From contig CAJWWK010000005.1 of assembly GCA_913048295.1 (NCBI GenBank), positions 6,043 to 70,042 on the forward strand: a stretch of 64,000 nucleotides of DNA, in the 5' to 3' direction. Numbering within the stretch: position 1 is the stretch's first letter; each line of letters begins with the position of its first letter. Position numbers and translations under genes: made by a program. The notes under the pieces were generated by a model. It ran no database searches and was not told where the DNA came from. It worked only from the letters and a program-made list of their open reading frames with translations. Shown here piece after piece: positions 50,933 to 59,716 of this stretch. This stretch comes from an uncultured Dehalococcoidia bacterium. Lineage in GTDB: Bacteria > Chloroflexota > Dehalococcoidia > Lucifugimonadales > Lucifugimonadaceae.

Positions 50933-51760
50933 ATGATCGTTGCACTTGGATCCCTACATCGCGAGGCCGCTGGAATCATCCGTTCCGGCCATTACAGCGT
51001 GGTCGAAGCGCCTGAAGATTTTATTGCGCATCGGCCAGTTCTCCCCGACACCCCGGCCGATAACACGACCAATCCCTTTCCGGCAATCGTGCTTAGCGGG
51101 TCGGGTACCGATCGGGCAGCCCGTGCGACTGTGTGGGCCATCGAGGAGTTTTCCCCGGAGGCGATCATTTCATTTGGTTTCTGTGGTGCAACTAGGGACC
51201 ATGAGCAGGCCGGCGATATCGTAATTGCAGCCCGCGTCGTGAACCTCCCCGGGACGCCGGTGGAATGGTCGATTAACGGCGCACCCGAGTCACTTGGGCC
51301 CGACCGGACTCTCCACTTGGCGGCCCGCACTGCGGTCGAGGTAACTGGCCTCGACTATCATCACGGGACTATTGTCACAGTTTCGACCGCTCCCAGGACG
51401 GCTGGAATGAAACGCTGGCTGGGCGACTCGATCAACGCCACCGCGGTCGACACCGAGACCCACGCCGTGGCCGACGCGGCGGGCAAGGCGGGAGTTCCAT
51501 GGGTGTCGGTCCTCAGCATTCTCGACAACCGGGACTTCGACCTGCCGACCATAACCGACCGCGTCGGTTCGGGACCACGCCCGCGCGGTACTCCTGCATA
51601 TATCAGGCACCTTCCCACGTCTCCACAGAACCTGTCGTCCCTCATTCGACTGGGACGGGCTTCGAAGCGCGCGAGCGCGTCGCTGACGACTTTTATGGCC
51701 GCGTTCATGGAAGCTCATTCAACCCTCACAAACGAAATTCGGGTTCTCGAAACGGCATGA
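50933..51760 (+). CDS. Nucleoside phosphorylase/MTAN-like protein (HpnG-like)
   Basis: SGSG, ISFGFCGA...AGDIV, AVDTE and ILD motifs of the PNP_UDP_1 fold. Confidence 0.75.
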   Translation: MIVALGSLHREAAGIIRSGHYSVVEAPEDFIAHRPVLPDTPADNTTNPFPAIVLSGSGTDRAARATVWAIEEFSPEAIISFGFCGATRDHEQAGDIVIAARVVNLPGTPVEWSINGAPESLGPDRTLHLAARTAVEVTGLDYHHGTIVTVSTAPRTAGMKRWLGDSINATAVDTETHAVADAAGKAGVPWVSVLSILDNRDFDLPTITDRVGSGPRPRGTPAYIRHLPTSPQNLSSLIRLGRASKRASASLTTFMAAFMEAHSTLTNEIRVLETA

Positions 51761-52157
51761 TCGGCACAGTGACGAGAGCGTAATATGGAATACGGAATCG
51801 CACTGTTCCCCGGCACTCGGCCTGACGTAACAGCGGCCCTAACCAGATTTTCGGCCGACTCCAGTTCGAAACGCGTCGCAAAATCGCTATACTTATTTGT
51901 TGGAGCTACCCGGCCACGCACACTGCCGTCCGGGTAGCAGGCTCAGGCAGTATCGGTGTTCAGGCGACAGACGCCCGGCAGCGCGTATTGAAGTAATATA
52001 TCCATTGCCGTGAGATTGGCTGGAACATAAGTTGAAACTCTACCGCGGTGAAACGCGTATTCTCGGTGGGGTTACTGTAAGTTACATTCACTGAGAAGCG
52101 GCGCGAACTTACGGTGCCGAGATATGGCATGTCCTGGTTTTTCAGGGGGAAATAAGT

Positions 52158-52700
52158 TTGTATTCGGAAAATGCACGCGGGTTGTCATCTGTTGAAGCTG
52201 GCAGAATAAGCGGGTTAAACGGTGTCACTCCCGGTGGGCTAACGACCGGTATCAATTACAGGGTTTTCAGCAAGATCGTAGAAGTTATTTCAACCGACGC
52301 TCCTGAGTTGATCGACTTCACCGACACGGTTATTCAGCTGGTTGCTGAATCCGGGGTGAAGCAGGGCCAGGTGTCGATCTACAGCACCCACACCACCTTC
52401 TCAGTCGTCATCAACGAGAACGAGCCGCTCCTCCTTCAGGATATGGAACACTTTCTCGAACGTGTCGCTCCTAAAGATATCTACTACGGCCACAACGATT
52501 TCGAAGTTCGTACCGTCAGCATGCGCCCCAACGAATGCCCCAACGGTCATGCTCACTGCCAGCACATGGTCCTCGGCACATCGGAAATTGTGCCAGTGAT
52601 CGACGGCAATCCGTTGCTCGGCGAGTTCCAGCGAATATTGCTCGTTGAACTTGATGAGCCGAAGCCCCGTCAGGTCGCGGTCCAGGTAATGGGGCTGTAG
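52158..52700 (+). CDS. yjbQ: YjbQ/UPF0047 family protein
   Basis: HTT, INENEP, GHAH, LGEFQRI and ELDEPKPR motifs. Confidence 0.85.
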   Translation: MYSENARGLSSVEAGRISGLNGVTPGGLTTGINYRVFSKIVEVISTDAPELIDFTDTVIQLVAESGVKQGQVSIYSTHTTFSVVINENEPLLLQDMEHFLERVAPKDIYYGHNDFEVRTVSMRPNECPNGHAHCQHMVLGTSEIVPVIDGNPLLGEFQRILLVELDEPKPRQVAVQVMGL

Positions 52701-52748
52701 CTCGTAGCCGGGCACGTCGGACGCCCATCAGAAACCCCGTCTGCGCCC

Positions 52749-53759
52749 ATGAGTCAGTCAGCTACATCGGCTGCCGAGCTTCCGACCCCCAGATTGGAAG
52801 TTGGGCCTGACTCGCCAGATTACCTCGATGCCGCTTTCGCCTCGTGTGAGCATCTGGCCCGAATCCACTACGAGAATTTCAGTGTTGGTTCGCGTCTGCT
52901 GCCAAAACACCTGCGCCGACACTTCTATGCGATATATGCCTTTTCGCGCGGGGTCGACGACCTTGGCGACGAAGCCGCGGGAAACAGACTTGAGCTCCTC
53001 GACCTGTGGGAACAGCAGCTCGAAGCCTGCTATACAGAAGTTGGTCGTTCCAGCACCGCAGGCTCGAATTCCCCCGGCAGCGATACCCCGGCACACCCGT
53101 ACTTCATAGCGCTTGCTGAAACGGTTCGAACTTTTGGTATCCCGATCGACCCGCTGAAACGTCTGATCGAAGCCAACAGACGCGATCAGAGTATCGTTCG
53201 CCACGAAACCTACGACGACTTGCTGAACTACTGCTCGTTCTCAGCTAATCCAGTCGGTCGTCTGGTCCTTTATCTGGGCGGCATCAGAGAACCCGAACTA
53301 CAGTTGTTGTCGGATCAAATCTGTACGGCCCTGCAACTCACAAATTTCTGGCAGGATGTAAAGCGTGACTTCCAAATTGGCCGTATCTACATCCCACTTG
53401 AAGACCTCGATCGGTTCGGCGTTTCAGAGGAACAGATTGCCAGGGGTATTACCGATGATCGATTCAGGGCACTGATGGCTTTCGAGGTCGACCGCGCTAG
53501 GCAGTTGTTCACCGACGGATACCAGCTGAGCGAACACCTCGACCGTTCGCTGAAGTCCGACCTGGCATTGTTCACGCGCGGGGGTCTTGCCATTTTGCAG
53601 GCAATTGAACGCGAGGACTACGATGTTTTGAACACCCGGCCAATACTGACAAAACTCGACAGAGCTTGGATTCTCGTGGCTACATGGTTGCGGTCAAAAC
53701 TCAAACTCGGCCTTGTACCTCTAGGTGCCTTTAAGGCTTCGGCCAGACGCAGCGGTTAA
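52749..53759 (+). CDS. hpnC: Hydroxysqualene synthase HpnC
   Basis: HYENF, YAFSRGVDDLGDE, SANPVGRLVL and LQLTNFWQD motifs. Confidence 0.9.
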   Translation: MSQSATSAAELPTPRLEVGPDSPDYLDAAFASCEHLARIHYENFSVGSRLLPKHLRRHFYAIYAFSRGVDDLGDEAAGNRLELLDLWEQQLEACYTEVGRSSTAGSNSPGSDTPAHPYFIALAETVRTFGIPIDPLKRLIEANRRDQSIVRHETYDDLLNYCSFSANPVGRLVLYLGGIREPELQLLSDQICTALQLTNFWQDVKRDFQIGRIYIPLEDLDRFGVSEEQIARGITDDRFRALMAFEVDRARQLFTDGYQLSEHLDRSLKSDLALFTRGGLAILQAIEREDYDVLNTRPILTKLDRAWILVATWLRSKLKLGLVPLGAFKASARRSG

Positions 53760-53760
53760 C

Positions 53761-54690
53761 GTGCCAGGAACTAAATTCATCAATACAGCCCCACAATCCG
53801 CCGTTGTTGCGGCACCGAGTGCCACACCGGAGCGGATCGAACACGCTTACAAAGTAGTGGCCGAAGCGACAAAAGCCGCCTCGTCCAATTTTTACTACGC
53901 GTTCATCACCCTTCCCACAGATAAAAGAAATTCCGTCTACGCTGGATACTCGTTTTGTCGGCTGGCAGACGACATCGTGGACGATGGCGAATATGGCGAC
54001 GACGCCGGTGAAGAACTCGATTCGTTGCGGATAAAGCTGGCCGATGCCTACGATGGCCGGGCCGAGGGCGACATGTGGATCGCACTCGGCGACACCCTGC
54101 ACCGCTACCCGATCGACCGGCAGCACTTGCTTGATGTGGTCGATGGCTGCCGCATGGATCTTGACGGGGCGACCTACGACACATTTGACGACCTGGTCAA
54201 GTACTGCAAGCTCGTCGCAAGCGCGACCGGTCTCGCACTCATAGAAGTGTTCGGATATGAAGATGACCGGGCGGTCGAATTCGCGACCGATCTTGGCATT
54301 GCGCTACAGCTTATTAACATCCTTCGAGACATCACCGAAGACCTAGAAATCGGTCGGGTTTATCTACCTGCCAGAGAAATGGCCGAATACAGCGTATCGG
54401 TCGACGACCTCCGCAACAAACGGGCCACCTCCGAATTCAAGCGTTTTATGAAGTTCCAGGTTGGCCGCGCCAGAAACTACCTGGCCTCGGGAGTGCGTCT
54501 CTTCCCGCTGCTCGACGGCCAATCCCGCTCCTGCCCCGAAACAATGACCAGCGTCTATGAAACGCTTCTTGGCCAGATCGAAAAGAACGACTACGACGTT
54601 CTGAACAACCGCGTCGGACTCTCGAAATTCCAGAAACTCCGACTGCTGGCGATAATCTGGCTGCGTCGTCGTGGTTTCAGGTTCCTGTAA
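53761..54690 (+). CDS. hpnD: Presqualene diphosphate synthase HpnD
   Basis: SNFYYAF, FCRLADDIVD and LQLINILRD..ED...GRVYLP motifs; located between hpnC and hpnE. Confidence 0.88.
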   Translation: MPGTKFINTAPQSAVVAAPSATPERIEHAYKVVAEATKAASSNFYYAFITLPTDKRNSVYAGYSFCRLADDIVDDGEYGDDAGEELDSLRIKLADAYDGRAEGDMWIALGDTLHRYPIDRQHLLDVVDGCRMDLDGATYDTFDDLVKYCKLVASATGLALIEVFGYEDDRAVEFATDLGIALQLINILRDITEDLEIGRVYLPAREMAEYSVSVDDLRNKRATSEFKRFMKFQVGRARNYLASGVRLFPLLDGQSRSCPETMTSVYETLLGQIEKNDYDVLNNRVGLSKFQKLRLLAIIWLRRRGFRFL

Positions 54691-54693
54691 ACG

Positions 54694-56079
54694 ATGGCAA
54701 CAAGACAGGTTGTCGTCATTGGCGGCGGTATCGCCGGGCTGGCCGCCGGAGTCCGTCTGGTTCAACTGGGAATCAAGCCGATCGTGGTTGAAAAGCGCCC
54801 GTTTCTCGGTGGACGGGCCTACTCGTTTATCGATAGCGAGACGGGCATCGAAATCGACAACGGCCAGCATGTCTTTGTTGGGGCGTGCGATCAGTTCCTG
54901 CAGTACATCAAAGACATCGGCGCATGGGATCAGGTCCGGCTCGAAGAACGCCTGGCACTTCCCGTTCTGAAAAATGGGCGACTGAGCTGGCTGCGGGCAA
55001 GAAAACTTCCCGGACTGCTGGCAAACCTGTCCGCCCTACTCGGATACCGGCACGTTGGAATCAGGGGCAAGCTGTGGATCCTATGGGGGCTCTTGAGCAT
55101 CAGGCTAACTCGCCTGGGGCCCGGTTCGCCGCACGACAATATTCTCTTCGAAGACTGGCTGCGGGACCACGGGCAGAACGATGAAACCATACGAAATTTC
55201 TGGAACCTCATTATTCTGCCTTCGCTGAACGACGATATTTCTGTCGTCAGCGCCTACACCGGCATCATGCTTTTTAAGATCGCCCTGTTGGGACCAGTGG
55301 GGAACCCTGCAATGGGCGTCCCACTTGTCGGACTCTCGACACTGGCTGGAGAGAACGCACGCAATTTTATCGAGCGGCACGGCGGCGAGATACGGACCGG
55401 AGTCGATGTGGCGTCACTCAAGATAGATGACGCCAGGATTTCCGGTGTCCTCGCAGCCAGCGGTGAACTCATCGAGGCTGAAGCCGTGGTCTCGGCCGTC
55501 CCGGCAACTTCTCTGACACCGCTGTTACCCGGCGGAACGAGTGAATCCAGTGGGCCAGACGATTTTTTTACACCTGCTGAAACCATCAAGACAGCACCGA
55601 TCGTCGCGGTGCATATCTGGTACGACAGGCCCGTGCTAAGGCAGAAATATATGGCCGTCCTCGATAGCCCGCTGCAGTGGGTTTTCAACGACACCGACCT
55701 GAAGTCGAGAGACGATGGCGGCGGTCAACATATCGTCATCTCCTTGAGTGGAGCATGGGAGTGGAAAGACCGTTCCAAGCAGGAGCTTCGCCAGATATTT
55801 ACGACGGAAATGGCGCGGATATTCCCGGACACACAAACAGCTACGATAACCAAATTCACCGTCGTAAAAATGCTTGAGGCCACTTTCCGCGCAGTTCCCG
55901 GAACCCAGGAGGCTCGCCTCTCGCAGAGAACACCCCTGCCCGGGCTGTACCTTGCCGGTGACTGGACCGACACCGGGTGGCCCTCGACGATGGAATCGGC
56001 GGTGCGCAGTGGCAACCTGGCCGCCGAGTACGTAGCCGCCGACATTGGAACCGGCAATCTGAATCCGTCGATCCCGTAA
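54694..56079 (+). CDS. hpnE: Hydroxysqualene dehydroxylase HpnE
   Basis: GGGIAGL, GGRAYSF, DNGQH and LAGDWTDTGWPSTMESAVRSG motifs. Confidence 0.9.
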   Translation: MATRQVVVIGGGIAGLAAGVRLVQLGIKPIVVEKRPFLGGRAYSFIDSETGIEIDNGQHVFVGACDQFLQYIKDIGAWDQVRLEERLALPVLKNGRLSWLRARKLPGLLANLSALLGYRHVGIRGKLWILWGLLSIRLTRLGPGSPHDNILFEDWLRDHGQNDETIRNFWNLIILPSLNDDISVVSAYTGIMLFKIALLGPVGNPAMGVPLVGLSTLAGENARNFIERHGGEIRTGVDVASLKIDDARISGVLAASGELIEAEAVVSAVPATSLTPLLPGGTSESSGPDDFFTPAETIKTAPIVAVHIWYDRPVLRQKYMAVLDSPLQWVFNDTDLKSRDDGGGQHIVISLSGAWEWKDRSKQELRQIFTTEMARIFPDTQTATITKFTVVKMLEATFRAVPGTQEARLSQRTPLPGLYLAGDWTDTGWPSTMESAVRSGNLAAEYVAADIGTGNLNPSIP

Positions 56080-56231
56080 GTCCAGATCCGCTTAACTGAA
56101 TCGAATCCGGTCTACAGGCTGTTTTTCTGCCCGAAAGTGCCCTATCTTTCAGCGTCGAGCGGCTATTATCTAAACTGGGATGTGCGAAAATCACCCGCAA
56201 ATTCGAGGTTTGATATAGCGGGAGAACATCA

Positions 56232-56605
56232 TTGCCGGGTCTGCCAGCTTTCATATTGAGACGCCTGTATGTCAAAGGCAGCGTTCACAACGCGCCGACC
56301 GGCTGGAGCTTCACGCTGAAAAACACGCTCGGTTCCGGTCATGCGCACGGACTCGTCCCACTACGGGTAGACGAATTCGAAGAAGTCCCCATGGACAAGA
56401 CGACTTTCGAAATCGATGGCGATACGATCAGATTCGACCAGGTGAACAGGGAAAACACATCCGGTCTGCAGATGAGCCGATCTATCGTCATTAGTGTTGA
56501 CGGTGAGCAGCTTACGCGGGGTGCCCACCGGATCGACTTTGCGTGTATAGTCCCGGGCCTCGGCCAGATCGGTTCGATTTCACGGATGATGTGGAAGGCG
56601 CCTGA
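56232..56605 (+). pseudogene. Small protein resembling the N-terminal domain of some HMG-CoA reductases; probable C-terminal frameshift
   Basis: PAFILRRLYVKGSVHN...WSFTLKN; restoring one T near 56573 gives ...GFDFTDDVEGA* ending at 56605. Family recognised from memory. Confidence 0.5.
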
Positions 56606-56928
56606 CAGCACACCCGCAACTGCGCCGGGCGCGGCGATGGGCTCGCACCTTCCCAACTAACATCAGCGCCCGGCTGCAAATGACGCCCCTTTCCGGAACA
56701 GCGCCCTTTCGTTGATCTGCTGAAACTGGCAGGTTCCACACACAGGCAATCGGAATCCTTCTGAGGGAATCCCGAAAAAATCCTGACGGCTTTTTAAGGG
56801 TCCTGCCATCGCAGAAGTCATTTCCACTACGATACAATTCGTGCTTTGCGAGTCCAATATTTCTCCCGTGCGCCCGGTGATAATCATCTGCGGCGGGGCT
56901 GGTTCCGGCAAACAGACACGAAGAGAAC

Positions 56929-57957
56929 ATGACCTTCGACGAATTTGATTCCATTGACCGCGAGATCATGAACCGGGTTCAGGCGGCATTCCCGCTAGTG
57001 GCCGAGCCGTTCAGGGACATCGCCGATCAGATCGGCACGACTGAACAGGACGTGATCGACCGCCTCGCCGTGCTGCGATCCAAGAACGTCGTTCGCCAGA
57101 TCGGCGCGATATTCGACACCCGCACGCTCGGCTACCAGTCGATGCTTGTCGCCATGCGGTTTCCTGAAGGCCGACTCGATAACGCTGCCAGGCTCCTCAA
57201 TCAACATCCAGGCATCAGTCACAACTATGAACGCGACGGTTTTTTCAACCTCTGGTTCACCATCGCGGTGCCCTCCGACCGTTCACTCAAAGACGAAGTT
57301 GATCAACTGGGAGTGCTGACCGGGGCGGAGTCTACCCGTCTCCTACCGACAATCCGGTTCTTCAAAATCGGAGTCAATTTTGACATGGTAAACGGGAAAT
57401 CCGCCGCCAAAGAAGCGTTTGTTCCCGACCAGACAAAGGCCGATGCCTCAGCTGTAACCCAGGAAGTAATCGACTACATCCGCGTGATGCAAGACGACCT
57501 TGAGTTGATCTCACGGCCTTTCGACAGCATGGCGAAACAACTTGGGATGCCGGTTGAACGACTTTTTGAAATGGCAGATGAACTGGTCAAAAAGAAGATC
57601 ATGCGCCGTTACAGCGCAGTGCTCCATCACCGTCGGGCCGGCTTCTCATCGAACGCCATGATCGTGTGGAAAGTGCCGGAAGGGCGCGAACAGGAAGTTG
57701 GCGACATCATGGCGCAACACCCCGCTGTGACCCACTGCTACCAGCGACCAACTTACGACGACTGGCCTTACTCTCACTTCACGATGGTCCACGGAGTTTC
57801 TGAAGCAGAGTGTGAACAGTTCGGACGGGAAATAGCCTCGGCAACTGGCCTTGATGAACGCAAACTCGTGTACAGCCGGCGTGAATACAAGAAAACCCGG
57901 GTCCGTTACTTCGTGGAAGACGAGTTCGTTATTGGAGAACTCCAGCCGATCGGCTGA
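56929..57957 (+). CDS. ahbAB: Fused siroheme decarboxylase AhbA-AhbB (NirDL/GH-like)
   Basis: Two Lrp/AsnC-like halves: SHNYER...NLWFT and THCYQRP...WPY..FTMVHG. Confidence 0.88.
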   Translation: MTFDEFDSIDREIMNRVQAAFPLVAEPFRDIADQIGTTEQDVIDRLAVLRSKNVVRQIGAIFDTRTLGYQSMLVAMRFPEGRLDNAARLLNQHPGISHNYERDGFFNLWFTIAVPSDRSLKDEVDQLGVLTGAESTRLLPTIRFFKIGVNFDMVNGKSAAKEAFVPDQTKADASAVTQEVIDYIRVMQDDLELISRPFDSMAKQLGMPVERLFEMADELVKKKIMRRYSAVLHHRRAGFSSNAMIVWKVPEGREQEVGDIMAQHPAVTHCYQRPTYDDWPYSHFTMVHGVSEAECEQFGREIASATGLDERKLVYSRREYKKTRVRYFVEDEFVIGELQPIG

Positions 57958-58008
57958 CTGAATCCTCGCAACCAAACCCGACCACCCAACCCTGAATCGG
58001 AGATTCCC

Positions 58009-58677
58009 TTGCCGCGTTATTACGGTATTTATCTCGATGTGAAATCTCGTCTCGGAATCGTATTCGGAGGCGACGCGCACGAAGGTCAGCGCAAGGTGAA
58101 ATACCTGCTCGAATGCGGTGCAGACGTAAAGCTGTTCAGTCCGGAAGCGGAAATATCGGATGAGCTCAGAGAACTGGGAGGCAGCGGCAAAATCGAATGG
58201 ATCGACCGGAAATACCAGCCCGGCGATCTCGCTGGTGCCTGGGTCGTGATCGTTGCCGATACCTCATCTCAAGAAACCAACGAGGCAATATCCAGGGAAG
58301 CCACCGAACAAAACATCCTGCTCAACGTTATGGACGTCACCTCCCTGTGCACCTGGATCGCACCCTCATTGATCCAACGGAACGATGTGACCGTCGCGGT
58401 CTCAACCGCCGGTACCAGCCCGGCCCTTGCCCGACGGCTGAGGGAACGCATGAGCGATCACGCCAGCTGCCAGTGCCTGCGGTGGGCCGACATGGGACCC
58501 TTGCTTGCCGATGTACGGGTTGAACAGCGGTCGCGAGCATTAAAGGTCACGCCGAACCAGTGGGCCGAGTCGATTACCGACCAGATGCTCGAGATTTTCG
58601 AGAGCGGTGAAACCGACACAGCCCGCGCTATGCTTATCGAAGCACTCGAAAACCACGATACAGCGAACAAGGGTTAG
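58009..58677 (+). CDS. Precorrin-2 dehydrogenase/sirohydrochlorin ferrochelatase (CysG N-terminal/SirC-like)
   Basis: YYGIYLDV, RKV..LL, LNVMD...C and AVSTAGTSPALARRLRE motifs. Confidence 0.85.
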   Translation: MPRYYGIYLDVKSRLGIVFGGDAHEGQRKVKYLLECGADVKLFSPEAEISDELRELGGSGKIEWIDRKYQPGDLAGAWVVIVADTSSQETNEAISREATEQNILLNVMDVTSLCTWIAPSLIQRNDVTVAVSTAGTSPALARRLRERMSDHASCQCLRWADMGPLLADVRVEQRSRALKVTPNQWAESITDQMLEIFESGETDTARAMLIEALENHDTANKG

Positions 58678-58715
58678 CGCCCCCCGGACGGCCATGCTCG
58701 GCCGGGCACATTTCC

Positions 58716-59714
58716 GTGACACCCCGCCAGACAAGGTGGGGACCAACAATCGCAATAACCGACCCTGCTGACCAAACAGAAGGCCCCGCTATTCGTACCG
58801 AAATAAAAATAGGGACCCGCGGAAGTGAACTTGCGCTGACTCAAACGCAGCAGGTGATCGACGCGCTGAAGGATGCGAATCCCGGTGTCGTTTTTGAACT
58901 GGTTGTCATCAAGACCCGCGGCGACTGGGACAGCAGGCAAGACATCGCCTCACTGGGAATAGGGGTGTTCGTAAAGGAACTCGAATCGGCGCTCGTCGAC
59001 GAACGGATCGACCTCGCCGTGCACAGTCTTAAGGACATGCCTTCGTCGCTGCCATCGGAGTTCGCCCTGGCAGCGGTTCCACCTCGCGAAGACCCCAGCG
59101 ACGCCCTCGTAAGCCGCAACGGAGCGACGCTCGAATCGCTAGCTGCGGGCTCGCGTGTGGCAACGGGCAGTGCACGCCGGAAGGCCCTCGTGATGGGCAT
59201 GCATCCTGATCTCGTAGTCGAGCCACAACGGGGCAACGTACCCACCAGACTCGCAAAACTAGATGACGCCAATGGTCCAGATGCCATAATCCTGGCAACC
59301 GCGGGCCTGAACCGGCTTGGCCTCCAGGACCGGATCACACAACACCTCCCCAGCATGGAGTTTGTGGCGGCCGTGGGTCAGGGTGCACTTGCGCTTGAAG
59401 CTCGAGCAGCCGACACGCACGTGATCGAACTTGCTGAGAAGCTGAATGATCGAGACACCCGGCTTGCTATCACGGCCGAGCGCTCCTTTCTCAACGCGGT
59501 TGGCGGGGGCTGTTCGTCCTCAGTCTCGGCGCACGCTCAAATAACCGCAGATCAGATGGAGCTATCGGCATTCGCTTCTTCACCAGACGGGCAGCGAATG
59601 ATCCGTGAGCGCTCCAGCGGCGATGCCACCGACGCCGCTGAGCTGGGCGCAAGGCTTGGCGAATCGTTTGTACGTCAGGGCGCAAGACAGTTGGTGTCAG
59701 GACAGGTGGACTAG
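58716..59714 (+). CDS. hemC: Hydroxymethylbilane synthase
   Basis: IGTRGSELAL, FVKELE, AVHSLKDMP, RGNVPTRL and GGC motifs; start codon uncertain. Confidence 0.94.
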   Translation: MTPRQTRWGPTIAITDPADQTEGPAIRTEIKIGTRGSELALTQTQQVIDALKDANPGVVFELVVIKTRGDWDSRQDIASLGIGVFVKELESALVDERIDLAVHSLKDMPSSLPSEFALAAVPPREDPSDALVSRNGATLESLAAGSRVATGSARRKALVMGMHPDLVVEPQRGNVPTRLAKLDDANGPDAIILATAGLNRLGLQDRITQHLPSMEFVAAVGQGALALEARAADTHVIELAEKLNDRDTRLAITAERSFLNAVGGGCSSSVSAHAQITADQMELSAFASSPDGQRMIRERSSGDATDAAELGARLGESFVRQGARQLVSGQVD

Positions 59715-59716
59715 CC

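Noticed and set aside
52060-52125. TPP riboswitch (GGGG...CTGAGA) upstream of yjbQ
   Set aside because: Lacks the downstream ACCTGA/TAAT/CGnAGG elements, and CTGAGA is paired within a simple hairpin.
53761-56079. Carotenoid crtB/crtI assignment
   Set aside because: Adjacent HpnC (HYENF, NFWQD) and HpnE-type DNGQH motifs favour squalene synthesis.
56727-56808. Cobalamin riboswitch upstream of the heme operon
   Set aside because: A TGGCAGG/CCTGCCA stem is present, but no B12-box or other core motifs.
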